Positions 17,017 to 25,701 are shown, numbered from the stretch's first letter. The stretch is DNA of 32,000 nt from Promethearchaeum syntrophicum (GCF_008000775.2 NZ_CP042905.2:3930001-3962000); one strand, 5' to 3'. Notes: generated by a model from the sequence alone, not told the origin. Numbers and translations are program-made.

Positions 17017-17712
17017 ATGAAAAATGAAAAAAATCCCGAAAACATTATTGAAATTAAAAATCTAACCAAAAATTTCACCACACCTTCAGAAACATTAAAA
17101 GTATTACGAGGCATAAATTTAACCATCAGAAGAGGTGAATTTATAAGTATTATGGGTCCGAGTGGGAGTGGTAAATCTACATTACTGAACATCATTGGAT
17201 TATTGGATTCTTTTGAAGAAGGTGATTATTTCCTTTCAGGTATTGACATTAACACTCTATCATTTAAAGATAAGCGAAGAATTCGGTTATATAAACTGGG
17301 ATTTATTTTTCAAACATTTAATCTTATTCAAACATTAACAATTCAACAAAATATTGAATTTCCCATGGCATTAGCAAAAATATCACAATCAAAACAGAAT
17401 GAAAAATCGGAAATATTACTGGAGAAATTTGGATTGAGTAATAAGGCAAGAAATTTCCCCTATCAGTTGAGTATTGGGGAACAACAAAGAGTTGCTATTT
17501 CAAGAGCATTAGTAATGGAACCTGTTCTGATTTTATTGGATGAACCTACTGGAAACCTCGATGCTAAAAATTCTGAGAAAACTTTGGATTATTTGCAGAC
17601 TTTGAGACGGTTTAATACATCTATCCTGATAGTCTCCCATAATCCAACCGTTAAGAGAATTACCGATAAAAATTACATACTTGAAGAAGGGGTATTAAAA
17701 CCTTTTAAATAA
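17017..17712 (+). CDS. ABC transporter ATP-binding protein, MacB/LolD-like
   Basis: Walker A GPSGSGKST, signature LSIGEQQRVAISRAL, Walker B LILLDEPTGNLD, H-loop IVSHN. It starts 20 nt after the second permease. Confidence 0.9.
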   Translation: MKNEKNPENIIEIKNLTKNFTTPSETLKVLRGINLTIRRGEFISIMGPSGSGKSTLLNIIGLLDSFEEGDYFLSGIDINTLSFKDKRRIRLYKLGFIFQTFNLIQTLTIQQNIEFPMALAKISQSKQNEKSEILLEKFGLSNKARNFPYQLSIGEQQRVAISRALVMEPVLILLDEPTGNLDAKNSEKTLDYLQTLRRFNTSILIVSHNPTVKRITDKNYILEEGVLKPFK

Positions 17713-17773
17713 GATTTTCCTTTGATTTTACTATTTCCATAAGATTCTGATAAGAATATTTTTAAGAACGAAA

Positions 17774-17781
17774 TTTATATT
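17774..17781 (+). promoter_or_regulatory. TATA-like box TTTATATT upstream of the glycoprotein gene
   Basis: Lies 43-50 nt upstream of ATG 17824, in a 111-nt spacer after the ABC operon. Confidence 0.35.
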
Positions 17782-17788
17782 TATTCTA

Positions 17789-17809
17789 ATTCTTCCTAAT
17801 TGGAAGAAT
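17789..17809. promoter_or_regulatory. perfect 8-bp-arm palindrome ATTCTTCC-taatt-GGAAGAAT between the TATA-like box and the start codon; candidate operator (or 5' hairpin)
   Basis: Arms at 17789-17796 and 17802-17809 are exact reverse complements, read directly. The position corresponds to roughly -15 to +5 if the TSS lies about 26 nt after the TATA centre. Confidence 0.4.
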
Positions 17810-17823
17810 ATAACTTTTAAGCA

Positions 17824-19182
17824 ATGATAAAAATGAAAAATAAAAATCTTAGCTTTTCAATAGCAATCATATTACTAACAAGCTTGATCTTCAGTATGGT
17901 GGTGTCAGTTCGAGCAGATTATAGTTATAATTACAGTAGCACATATTTCAATTATGATGTTGTAGAAGGAGATATTTTTGAATATAATACAAATTTCTTT
18001 TTCAATTTTTCAGCATCGAATACATTCTATGATGAAATGGATCTCTGGATTACAAACATGTCCACCACAGAAAATAATACTCTTGAAGATTTTAGCTCAG
18101 AGATGTATATCAATGATCTCAAAGATTTCTTGGAATTGGATTACAAGTTACAAATCCAAATAACCGAGATGTATCAAGGAATATATAGCGAAATAAATTC
18201 TGATGGAACTAGTGAAACATATAATAGAGATATAATAAATGCTTCACTCCAAGCAGATTTAAATGAGGGAAATGGGTGGGAATCTCCTGTAGTAGTTGAA
18301 ATCGATAAACTCGAAGATTCAAAGACATTCATGGCAAACTATCTCAATGAGACTCAATATGAAGAATATGAAACAATTGTTAATATGACAATAAATAACA
18401 CTCAGGATCCAGCTAACCAGCCAAATTGGGCCAACATGGAAGTCTCTTCATTGAATAGTTCAGTGAGATCATATTATGAAAATGGAACTTTAATAGAAAC
18501 CGAACTTAGAGAACTAGATAATGGTACAATTGAACCAGTGAGACCATTTTCAGATTTCGGAGTTCCAGGAGTAGGCGTACCATTACTATTTCCAACCGAG
18601 ATGAATTTCAATGATTTCTATAATTATTCAAAAGAGATGTTTAAATTCGATTTATTATACAAACTAGAAAACAATGAAACTATTGCTCCATTAAATAGCA
18701 CGGATACTCTCCAAAGTTTGATGACAGATCAAGGAATTACTAATTTATACGTAGACCAAAAATCTGTGGGAATTGTATGGAATATTGAAAATTTAACTAC
18801 GAATTTTATAAGTTTCTTTGTGTTAGATGACTCAACTTCTAATAATACCATGGGAATCGCCGATTCTGTGGGTTCGCTATCGATCGCTGTAGAATATGAT
18901 GATGTTTGGGCATTAAATACTTTCGCAGTATATGCTCATATTGGACTAACGGCTAACACAACAGGATTAGAAGGAGCTCCAGACTTAGATATGGAAGAAA
19001 TATCTCTGGATTTCACCTATATAATCGCTCGAGAAGGAGTAAAACCCCCAACTGAAGAAGATATTCTCGAAGGAAAGATTGGAGAAAACAGTCCTTTTGA
19101 AATTCCAGGATTTCCTGCATTGTTTATTGGATTATTTGGATTAATATCAGTTTCAGCTTTAATTATCAAGCATAGAAAATAA
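17824..19182 (+). CDS. secreted, heavily sequon-decorated surface protein with a PGF-CTERM-like C-terminal anchor
   Basis: The N-terminal signal or anchor is LSFSIAIILLTSLIFSMVVSVRA. I counted about 17 N-x-S/T sequons by hand. The C-terminus is EIPGFPALFIGLFGLISVSALIIKHRK (PGF, then a TM helix, then a basic tail). Confidence 0.8.
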   Translation: MIKMKNKNLSFSIAIILLTSLIFSMVVSVRADYSYNYSSTYFNYDVVEGDIFEYNTNFFFNFSASNTFYDEMDLWITNMSTTENNTLEDFSSEMYINDLKDFLELDYKLQIQITEMYQGIYSEINSDGTSETYNRDIINASLQADLNEGNGWESPVVVEIDKLEDSKTFMANYLNETQYEEYETIVNMTINNTQDPANQPNWANMEVSSLNSSVRSYYENGTLIETELRELDNGTIEPVRPFSDFGVPGVGVPLLFPTEMNFNDFYNYSKEMFKFDLLYKLENNETIAPLNSTDTLQSLMTDQGITNLYVDQKSVGIVWNIENLTTNFISFFVLDDSTSNNTMGIADSVGSLSIAVEYDDVWALNTFAVYAHIGLTANTTGLEGAPDLDMEEISLDFTYIIAREGVKPPTEEDILEGKIGENSPFEIPGFPALFIGLFGLISVSALIIKHRK

Positions 19183-19202
19183 ATGAAAAAAAATAATAAT
19201 CC

Positions 19203-19218
19203 TTTTTTTTCTTTTTTT
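19203..19218 (+). terminator. oligo-T tracts (T8, c, T7) after the stop codon
   Basis: ccTTTTTTTTcTTTTTTTat read directly, 21 nt after the stop. Confidence 0.45.
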
Positions 19219-19286
19219 ATTTTATTTCAATTTAACGCAGTTTAACAAAATTTTTAAAAAAATCTTTGACTTTATATTAATATTGA

Positions 19287-20267
19287 ATGAGGAATGAAGC
19301 AAAGAAAAAGGGAAATAAATTTCTATTTCATTTTATTCTAATTTTAATAATTTTTCAAAGTAGCATTTTACCTCTCAATCTGTTTATTATTAATATTGAT
19401 CGAAGAAAAATACTTTCTAGGTCAATTCAAACTCCTTCATCCAGTTCGGTTAATAACCTTGAAATTATTCAGATGAATTATAGTGTTGATTATGAAATAG
19501 TTAAGAACGGTAAAAAAACTGAGAATACAATACCTATAATGTTATATATAAATGGAACAGAAAATCTCTATGAAAATGGAACTATTTCATATTATATTGG
19601 GAAAAATGTGACAGATGAAACTGTATTACAATTGCTAGCCAATGTTTTCATTGAGGAACAAATGAATTTTTTCCAAAATCATCAGATAAATGAACCTTTT
19701 CAAACGTTTTTTTCCTATAGAAGAGAAGCTATGGCTAATAATTTATCAAATTTTTTGACTGAAGCAAGTTATACTTTATTTTGGTTAAATACTTCCGGAA
19801 ATAACGCCGGATACCTTAAACAATATAGAAATATCCAATTTTTAAATGTAGTCGATCCGTTTTTATTGGGAATTTATGATGAAAATAGAATTATTTCTGA
19901 GGAGACTTGGTCTGATAAAAAATCCGATATCTCAAAAAATGTTAGAATTTTAAACAGTTTTTATCTTCGAGCTAATTATAATAATGAACAAATAATAAAT
20001 CTTCATTATGATAAAACATGGACGGTGCTTCTTCGAGGAAAATTTGAAAACTACGATTCTGATGAAGATAAATACATTTTAGATATAAAATTAGTAGATT
20101 CAAATTTAAATTTAAACTATCTACCAGACAATCCATATTGGGATGTTAGATTGAGAAACTTTCTTATTATTGCCCCTCTTTCAAGTGTTGGTAGTATAAT
20201 TGTTGTGTTCAAGATTATAAAAAAATCTCGAATACAAAAAAAGGAAGATATACTTGATAAAATTTAA
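19287..20267 (+). CDS. membrane-anchored extracytoplasmic protein (N-terminal TM/signal and C-terminal TM), function unknown
   Basis: N-terminal FLFHFILILIIFQSSILPLNLFII and C-terminal FLIIAPLSSVGSIIVVFKIIKKSR. Several N-x-S/T sequons are present (NYS, NGT x2, NVT, NLS, NTS). Confidence 0.65.
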   Translation: MRNEAKKKGNKFLFHFILILIIFQSSILPLNLFIINIDRRKILSRSIQTPSSSSVNNLEIIQMNYSVDYEIVKNGKKTENTIPIMLYINGTENLYENGTISYYIGKNVTDETVLQLLANVFIEEQMNFFQNHQINEPFQTFFSYRREAMANNLSNFLTEASYTLFWLNTSGNNAGYLKQYRNIQFLNVVDPFLLGIYDENRIISEETWSDKKSDISKNVRILNSFYLRANYNNEQIINLHYDKTWTVLLRGKFENYDSDEDKYILDIKLVDSNLNLNYLPDNPYWDVRLRNFLIIAPLSSVGSIIVVFKIIKKSRIQKKEDILDKI

Positions 20268-20299
20268 TAAAATGAGGGACTTATTTAAATTAGAAAAAA

Positions 20300-20608
20300 A
20301 TGTCTGACGATAAATTAATGATAAGGCGATTGGTTTTAGACATCTTGAAACCTTTTGACCCTGAATTACATATTGTAGCAACTGAAGTCATAAATCGATG
20401 TAAAATAAGTAAAGAAATTAGTGTAAATTTAACTGTGAACGAGGTTGATAAACTTACTCAAACTATTAAATTTATCATTGAGGGAATAAATTTGGATTTT
20501 GATGAGATTCAAGAAATACTAAATTCTATGAATTGTATAATTCATAGTGTAGATCAAGTAGCTGCTGGAAAGAAAATTGTTGAAAATATCGATACTCCAC
20601 AAGATTAA
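20300..20608 (+). CDS. DUF211 / COG1888 family small archaeal protein
   Basis: IRRLVLDILKPFDPELHIVATEV ... NLTVNEVDKLTQTIKFIIEGINLDFDEIQEILNSMNCIIHSVDQVAAG follows the conserved DUF211 pattern (RRLVLDVLKP ... IHSIDEVVAG) as I recall it. Confidence 0.75.
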   Translation: MSDDKLMIRRLVLDILKPFDPELHIVATEVINRCKISKEISVNLTVNEVDKLTQTIKFIIEGINLDFDEIQEILNSMNCIIHSVDQVAAGKKIVENIDTPQD

Positions 20609-20753
20609 ACTCTAATTTTTATTATGATTTCAACCATCTTAATTTTTTTTATTTCCTTATTTTTAGATTATTCATTGAATTTAATATTCTGATATCATCA
20701 TAATAATGCAAAAATGATAACCCATTTCAAAAAGGATTTGTAGTTAAATTTTT

Positions 20754-20993
20754 ATGATCACCATGGAAAAAAATTCGATGTTTATAAAAAATTTTATAAA
20801 GAAATCAATGATTTCTCAAATGCTAAATCATTCAAAAGTGAAGAAAGATAAAAATGTTGAAAAAAAGGACCTTTATATCGAAATTGAAGAAGCAATTTTG
20901 CGTAAGGATGGTCAAACAATAAGAGAACTTTCAGCAGTTATAACATCTATGTGGATTGAGAACTCTAAACTTGCGTTACAATTGATCAAATAA
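20754..20993 (+). CDS. hypothetical 79-aa protein (doubtful)
   Basis: ATG ORF, K/I-rich, with no recognisable motif. It ends 12 nt before the IS left end. Confidence 0.35.
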   Translation: MITMEKNSMFIKNFIKKSMISQMLNHSKVKKDKNVEKKDLYIEIEEAILRKDGQTIRELSAVITSMWIENSKLALQLIK

Positions 20994-20996
20994 CAA

Positions 20997-21004
20997 TTTT
21001 TTTT
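20997..21004. repeat. left copy of putative 8-bp target-site duplication (TTTTTTTT)
   Basis: Exactly eight T, bounded by A on the outside, abutting the left inverted repeat. Confidence 0.5.
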
Positions 21005-21025
21005 CATGATTTTTCAAGTTAATCT
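21005..21025. repeat. IS left terminal inverted repeat
   Basis: CATGATTTTTCAAGTTAATCT; 21/21 match to the reverse complement of the right end. Confidence 0.9.
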
Positions 21026-21090
21026 CCATCCGACAAAAAGATTGGAACAAAACAAAAACTATAAATCACTTTTTTTCTTTTGTTAAATTA

Positions 21091-22764
21091 ATGAAATATC
21101 ATGCTCAGTCGGGGGATTATTGTACCGTTTATCTAAAATGGCCCCAGAATTTACCAAAAGAATGTCCTGTCTGTCAGGAAAAAGTAATCAAAAAATATGC
21201 AGACAATGGTAAAATCGTGCATTCTCTTGCTGGAGACATAAATCAAATCACAATCTATTATCATTGCATTAATCCAAATTGTAAAATGCACGATATTGTA
21301 TTTAATCCTCAATCTCGGTTTGAATTTGAAGGTTTCTATTATGGAAAAGATGTTGTACAAAAGGTAGCATTTTACGCTTTGAAGAAACATTTTAAGGCAG
21401 CATATATTTTAGATGTGCTTCAAACAGAATATAAATTGAAAATTTCTGAAAGTACAATCCGAAGAATGATTAATGTGGTGACTGTAGTCAAATCTGAAGC
21501 TATTGATCAAAAAACTTTAGAAATTATAAAGAAACAAAAAGTCATTTTAATGGGTTTAGATGGAGAGGATCCATTGGTTGAGGGTCCAGGATTGTGGCTC
21601 TTTGTTGATTTAATTTCGAACCGATTACTATCCACGGTTTACCTAGAAAGTGCAACAGCAGATATTCTGCATGATGAGATTGAAAAAATTATCTCTCTTT
21701 ATTCTGTGAAGATAAGTGGATTTATTAGCGATAAACAAAACAATATAACGAGTTGCATCTCCAAATATTATCCCAAAATACCCCATCAATACTGTGGGTA
21801 CCATTTTATGAATAATATTTGGAATCATTTGGAATTACTTGATGGAAAACTCCATAAAAGATTATCTCAAGTAATACAAAATAGCTATTTTTTGAACACA
21901 GGTCCTAATTCCCCAATATATATTGAAGAACATGGAAAAATTGCCCCAAAAACGGTTTTTTCTCCGATAATTGCTGATTTAAAAAAAATGAAACGCTTCA
22001 GAAACAAAAAATTTGAACAACTTAGGGGGATTAAATTTTTCGAACATTTAGACGATTACACAGCTCAAATGTTTGAAATCATGAGTCAAGTACCTCAAAA
22101 CTATCGAATTCACAAAATATATCGTAGAGAGGGAGAAAAATGGACAGAATCATTAAGTTCATTATATTCTCTCTATTCTGATTGTAACGAACTTTTTGAG
22201 ATCTTCAAAGAAATTTATTCAGGATACTTTGCAAAAAATGTAAGTTCATCAGAGATCGAGGACAACATGGCAACATTATTTGTCAATTTGGAGCAAAAAC
22301 TACTTGAAACCGATCAAAATTTTGTTAAAACGAATTTGCGGGCCTATTTACCGCGATCGTCTAGTACATATTTGGAAATAATGGGAGAGTGGCTAAGATT
22401 GTGGGAAAGTTATCGTAATGGTCTATTCAGTTATCGTAAATTTGAAAAACCGATTTTGACAAATAATACTTTAGAGCAAGCCTTTGGACGCCAAAAATCG
22501 CATTTTTACAGTCGTAGTGCTAAGAAACAAGTGGGAAGGCTGATCCTTACTGAAGGAGATTACCATTTGCGTTTTGTATTCTGTAGAGATGAAGAATTAG
22601 AAAGTGATATTTGGGAAGAAGCGAGTAATCTAAATTGGCGGTTGCTTAAATCTATGCATGATGGACGTAAGAAGGTTTTAAGTGAAAATTGGTTAAAAAA
22701 AACATTGAAATTTTTAGGAATTAGTAAAGTCCAAGCACAATTTTATGAAAAAAGATTAACTTGA
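21091..22764 (+). CDS. DDE-type transposase with an N-terminal zinc finger (IS66-like or IS256/MULE-like; family not resolved)
   Basis: The N-terminal CPVCQEKV...(x27)...CINPNCKMH is a Zn finger. LMGLDGEDP is the candidate first acidic residue. GFISDKQNNITSCISKYYPKIPHQYCGYHFMNNIW gives a second Asp followed by a C-x2-H motif, as in IS66 and IS256/MULE transposases. The stop codon lies inside the right IR. Confidence 0.8.
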   Translation: MKYHAQSGDYCTVYLKWPQNLPKECPVCQEKVIKKYADNGKIVHSLAGDINQITIYYHCINPNCKMHDIVFNPQSRFEFEGFYYGKDVVQKVAFYALKKHFKAAYILDVLQTEYKLKISESTIRRMINVVTVVKSEAIDQKTLEIIKKQKVILMGLDGEDPLVEGPGLWLFVDLISNRLLSTVYLESATADILHDEIEKIISLYSVKISGFISDKQNNITSCISKYYPKIPHQYCGYHFMNNIWNHLELLDGKLHKRLSQVIQNSYFLNTGPNSPIYIEEHGKIAPKTVFSPIIADLKKMKRFRNKKFEQLRGIKFFEHLDDYTAQMFEIMSQVPQNYRIHKIYRREGEKWTESLSSLYSLYSDCNELFEIFKEIYSGYFAKNVSSSEIEDNMATLFVNLEQKLLETDQNFVKTNLRAYLPRSSSTYLEIMGEWLRLWESYRNGLFSYRKFEKPILTNNTLEQAFGRQKSHFYSRSAKKQVGRLILTEGDYHLRFVFCRDEELESDIWEEASNLNWRLLKSMHDGRKKVLSENWLKKTLKFLGISKVQAQFYEKRLT

Positions 22765-22773
22765 AAAATCATG
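22753..22773. repeat. IS right terminal inverted repeat
   Basis: AGATTAACTTGAAAAATCATG; overlaps the last four codons (including the stop) of the transposase. Confidence 0.9.
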
Positions 22774-22781
22774 TTTTTTTT
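22774..22781. repeat. right copy of putative 8-bp target-site duplication (TTTTTTTT)
   Basis: Exactly eight T, followed by A, abutting the right inverted repeat. Confidence 0.5.
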
Positions 22782-22784
22782 AAT

Positions 22785-23477
22785 TTAATTTTTAATGAAA
22801 TTTTTTAAGATTTCTATTAATTCCGTTTCAATTCTAGATTGATCTACAAAAAAATGTGTATTAAATTCGTTAGCAGAATGTTTTTCACTTATAATCGCAA
22901 TTGAACGAGCTCCAATTGAATGAGCAGATTCAATATCACTAGGATGATCTCCAATAACGCAAATATTCTCGGGTGATACATTTAATCGATTAATTATAAA
23001 CGAAATATGTTCTGGATCTGGCTTATTTTTATTAACTTTGTCTCTACCAACAATAAAAGATGTGTCTGGAAAGAAATTAATAAGATTTGCAGTTTTTAGA
23101 GATAAAATAGCATTTTTTGTAGTGTTTAAAGTAATTATTCCTGATTTAATCTTTCTTTTTGTGCAAAATTCAAGAACATTCTTAACTCCGGGGATACTGG
23201 TTGCTAAATAGGAAGCTTCTCTTTCAATTAATTCAACTTTCTTATCAACTTCACTTTTTATTTTTACAATTTTATCATCTTCATGGATTTTTTCCTGTAA
23301 GAAATAATCTGTAGCTTGTTTTATCATCTTTAGGACATAGTAATTTTGGTTTAATTTCCCTTTAGGATAACCATATTTCTCTAGGATGCGAATAGTTTCA
23401 CTCCGAGCATTTTTATAATCTATATTAAAGTGAATAAGAGTCCCATCTAAATCCCATAAAATTGCCGATAAGGGCAT
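22785..23477 (-). CDS. HAD-superfamily phosphatase (phosphoglycolate phosphatase-like)
   Basis: Motif I ILWDLDGTL, motif II SGIITLNT, motif III K (KNKPDP), motif IV VIGDHPSDI. The ORF track starts at ATG 23528, which overlaps the kinase gene. ATG 23477 (MPLSAILWDLDGT) places motif I at the usual distance from the N-terminus. Confidence 0.85.
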   Translation of the reverse strand: MPLSAILWDLDGTLIHFNIDYKNARSETIRILEKYGYPKGKLNQNYYVLKMIKQATDYFLQEKIHEDDKIVKIKSEVDKKVELIEREASYLATSIPGVKNVLEFCTKRKIKSGIITLNTTKNAILSLKTANLINFFPDTSFIVGRDKVNKNKPDPEHISFIINRLNVSPENICVIGDHPSDIESAHSIGARSIAIISEKHSANEFNTHFFVDQSRIETELIEILKNFIKN

Positions 23478-23511
23478 AGTAAAATAAGTTATTAATGTAG
23501 GAAAAAAGCAT

Positions 23512-25701
23512 CTATTTTTGAAAATCATTATCTTTTAAAGAAGAGAAATAATCTAATTTACGAGCGAGCTCATTTAAACTAAAAGGTTTTGTTAAAATTC
23601 CTAAGTCGAATCTATCAGGATTTGGTATTTTATATTCGGAATAACCAGTAATGAATAAAACTGAGATTTTGGGTGAAATTTCTTTAATTTTATAATAGAG
23701 TTCAACCCCATTCATACCGGGTAAATTAATATCTAAAATAACCAAATCTAATTCGTGATATTTTTTTTTAAATAAAATATATCCATCATTCCCGTTTTGG
23801 GTTGACGTGACATTTGCTTCACTATTTTTTAGATATTTTGTTAAACTTTCATATATTAAATGTTCATCTTCTACAAGTAAAATATTAATTTTGTTTAATT
23901 TTTGATAAGAAATTTTCGTAGTAGTTTTTAATTTATTCTGGATTACATTTTCATTTACTGAACTATTCAATAATAAAGGTAATTCTATTCTGAATTTTGT
24001 TCCTACTCCTTCATTACTCTCCACTTTAATTGTACCTTCCATAAATTTGGCTACATTATAAACAATAGTTAACCCTAAGCCGGTTCCTCTACTCTTATCT
24101 TTGGTTGTAAAGAAAGGGTCGAATATCTTATCAATTATTTCAACGGGAATACCAATTCCCGTATCTTCTACACATATTTCAATATTAAATTCTCGATTAA
24201 ATTTCAGATGTTCCTTCAGAAATTGAAAATTTATATAATTTTTAGATGATTTAGATTTTTCTTTTGGAATTTTTCGAGTCACAATTCTAATCTCTGCTTT
24301 AGACGTTTCTGTTAAGGCTGTTTGTATAATAGCATCTCTTGCATTAATTAATAAATTTAAAATCAATTGATTAAACCGTGCCTTATCTCCTAATATAAAA
24401 GTAGTTTCTTCAATAAAATCCGTTTTTAATGAAATGCGTTGATCTATCATCTTTGAAAATGATTTTAAAGAATCTTGGATAGTTGAATTCACATTAAGAA
24501 TTTCGAATTCCGATGTTGGATTTTGAGAAAATTCCGTAATTTGTCGATTTAATTTAATTGAACGATCAATCAATCGTTGAATTTCATCTAAACCTTCAAA
24601 ACATTCTTTAACTAAGATTTTTGATGTCGGATCGTTTGCTTGAGCTTGAAAATCATTAAGATTAATCAGAATCAATTCGATATTACCACGAATTCCTGCT
24701 AAAATATTATTAAAATCATGAGTGATCCCGCCAGCAAGAGTTCCTAAACTCTCCATCTTCTGTTTTACAAATAATTTCTCTTCAATTTTTCTTTTTTCTC
24801 GAAGGGTAGATCGTACCAACTCATATTGCTTTTGTAAATTATGCGCTAAAATTCCAACTAAACATGAGAGGCTAACTCCAAAAATAATTATTTGAAAATT
24901 TGAAAGAATTGAGACTGATTTCCTCCAATTAGCATTAGGGCGTAATTGTAATTCCAATTTAATGCCTAGTAAATCTATTTCTGTTTTTATAACAAAAGAA
25001 TCTTCTATAGCGAATTCTTCTCCATAGGAATATACATAAGACTGATTCTGAATAATATTAACAGAATATTCTGATAATTTGGCAACCATATGAGAACCAT
25101 TAAGTAAAGTATCAAAAAGATTATTTAGTGCAAACACACCATTAAATAACCCAGTTAAATTTCCATTGTAAATCAAAGGAAAATAAGTAGCAAAGCCATA
25201 TTGATCTTGAAAGAGATTTATTAAAGGTGTTCTGCTAAAAATTAATTGATTAATCGAATTGTTAAGTGCATAATTATATATTCCATCTGCTAGAATGCTG
25301 ACATTTTTATTTAACGCAGCCTGATTTTCCTCTTCAGGATACACCCACTTAATTATGCTGTCTGTGCTAATCCAATTAATTGCAAAAAACCCACCAGCAA
25401 GCAGATAATAGGGCGCGATATATTCCTTATAACGAGAATAGTTATACAGATCATCTGGATTTTCTGTTTTGATCCATAAATCTCCTATATTTTTTAAACC
25501 ATCGATTCTATGATTAACTGCATTTTCGAGTGTTATTCCTAGTTCTGATGATAAAGATTGTGAACGAGCATTTAAATCATCTTGAATGTGTGTCAAATTA
25601 CCTATCCATAAATAAGAAGTAAATAATAATATTAAGGCTACAGAAATAAATGATGAATTTTTTACAATAAATGATTTTATTTTTTTAATGTTAATTTTCA
25701 T
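23512..25701 (-). CDS. hybrid sensor histidine kinase: TM - extracytoplasmic sensor - TM - HisKA - HATPase_c - receiver
   Basis: TM helices FISVALILLFTSYLWIG and IIIFGVSLSCLVGILAH flank a domain of about 230 aa. Kinase motifs: H-box GGITHDFNNILAGIRGNIEL, N-box LLINARDA, G1 DTGIGI, G2 GTGLGLTIV. The receiver reads ILLVEDE...DLVILDINLPGMNG...LTKPF. The track start at 25704 is TTG, immediately followed by ATG at 25701. Confidence 0.9.
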   Translation of the reverse strand: MKINIKKIKSFIVKNSSFISVALILLFTSYLWIGNLTHIQDDLNARSQSLSSELGITLENAVNHRIDGLKNIGDLWIKTENPDDLYNYSRYKEYIAPYYLLAGGFFAINWISTDSIIKWVYPEEENQAALNKNVSILADGIYNYALNNSINQLIFSRTPLINLFQDQYGFATYFPLIYNGNLTGLFNGVFALNNLFDTLLNGSHMVAKLSEYSVNIIQNQSYVYSYGEEFAIEDSFVIKTEIDLLGIKLELQLRPNANWRKSVSILSNFQIIIFGVSLSCLVGILAHNLQKQYELVRSTLREKRKIEEKLFVKQKMESLGTLAGGITHDFNNILAGIRGNIELILINLNDFQAQANDPTSKILVKECFEGLDEIQRLIDRSIKLNRQITEFSQNPTSEFEILNVNSTIQDSLKSFSKMIDQRISLKTDFIEETTFILGDKARFNQLILNLLINARDAIIQTALTETSKAEIRIVTRKIPKEKSKSSKNYINFQFLKEHLKFNREFNIEICVEDTGIGIPVEIIDKIFDPFFTTKDKSRGTGLGLTIVYNVAKFMEGTIKVESNEGVGTKFRIELPLLLNSSVNENVIQNKLKTTTKISYQKLNKINILLVEDEHLIYESLTKYLKNSEANVTSTQNGNDGYILFKKKYHELDLVILDINLPGMNGVELYYKIKEISPKISVLFITGYSEYKIPNPDRFDLGILTKPFSLNELARKLDYFSSLKDNDFQK

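Larger units (their letters stand above)
21005..22773 (+). mobile_element. intact insertion sequence (1769 bp) with one transposase ORF and perfect 21-bp terminal inverted repeats
   Basis: The left end CATGATTTTTCAAGTTAATCT (21005-21025) is the exact reverse complement of 22753-22773. A single 557-aa ORF fills the element, and T8 flanks both ends. Confidence 0.85.

Noticed and set aside
16552-17195. 128-aa and 71-aa minus-strand ORFs opposite the second FtsX permease and the ABC ATPase
   Set aside because: They are antisense to genes with canonical FtsX and Walker motifs. The 71-aa one is simply the mirror of the Walker A region.
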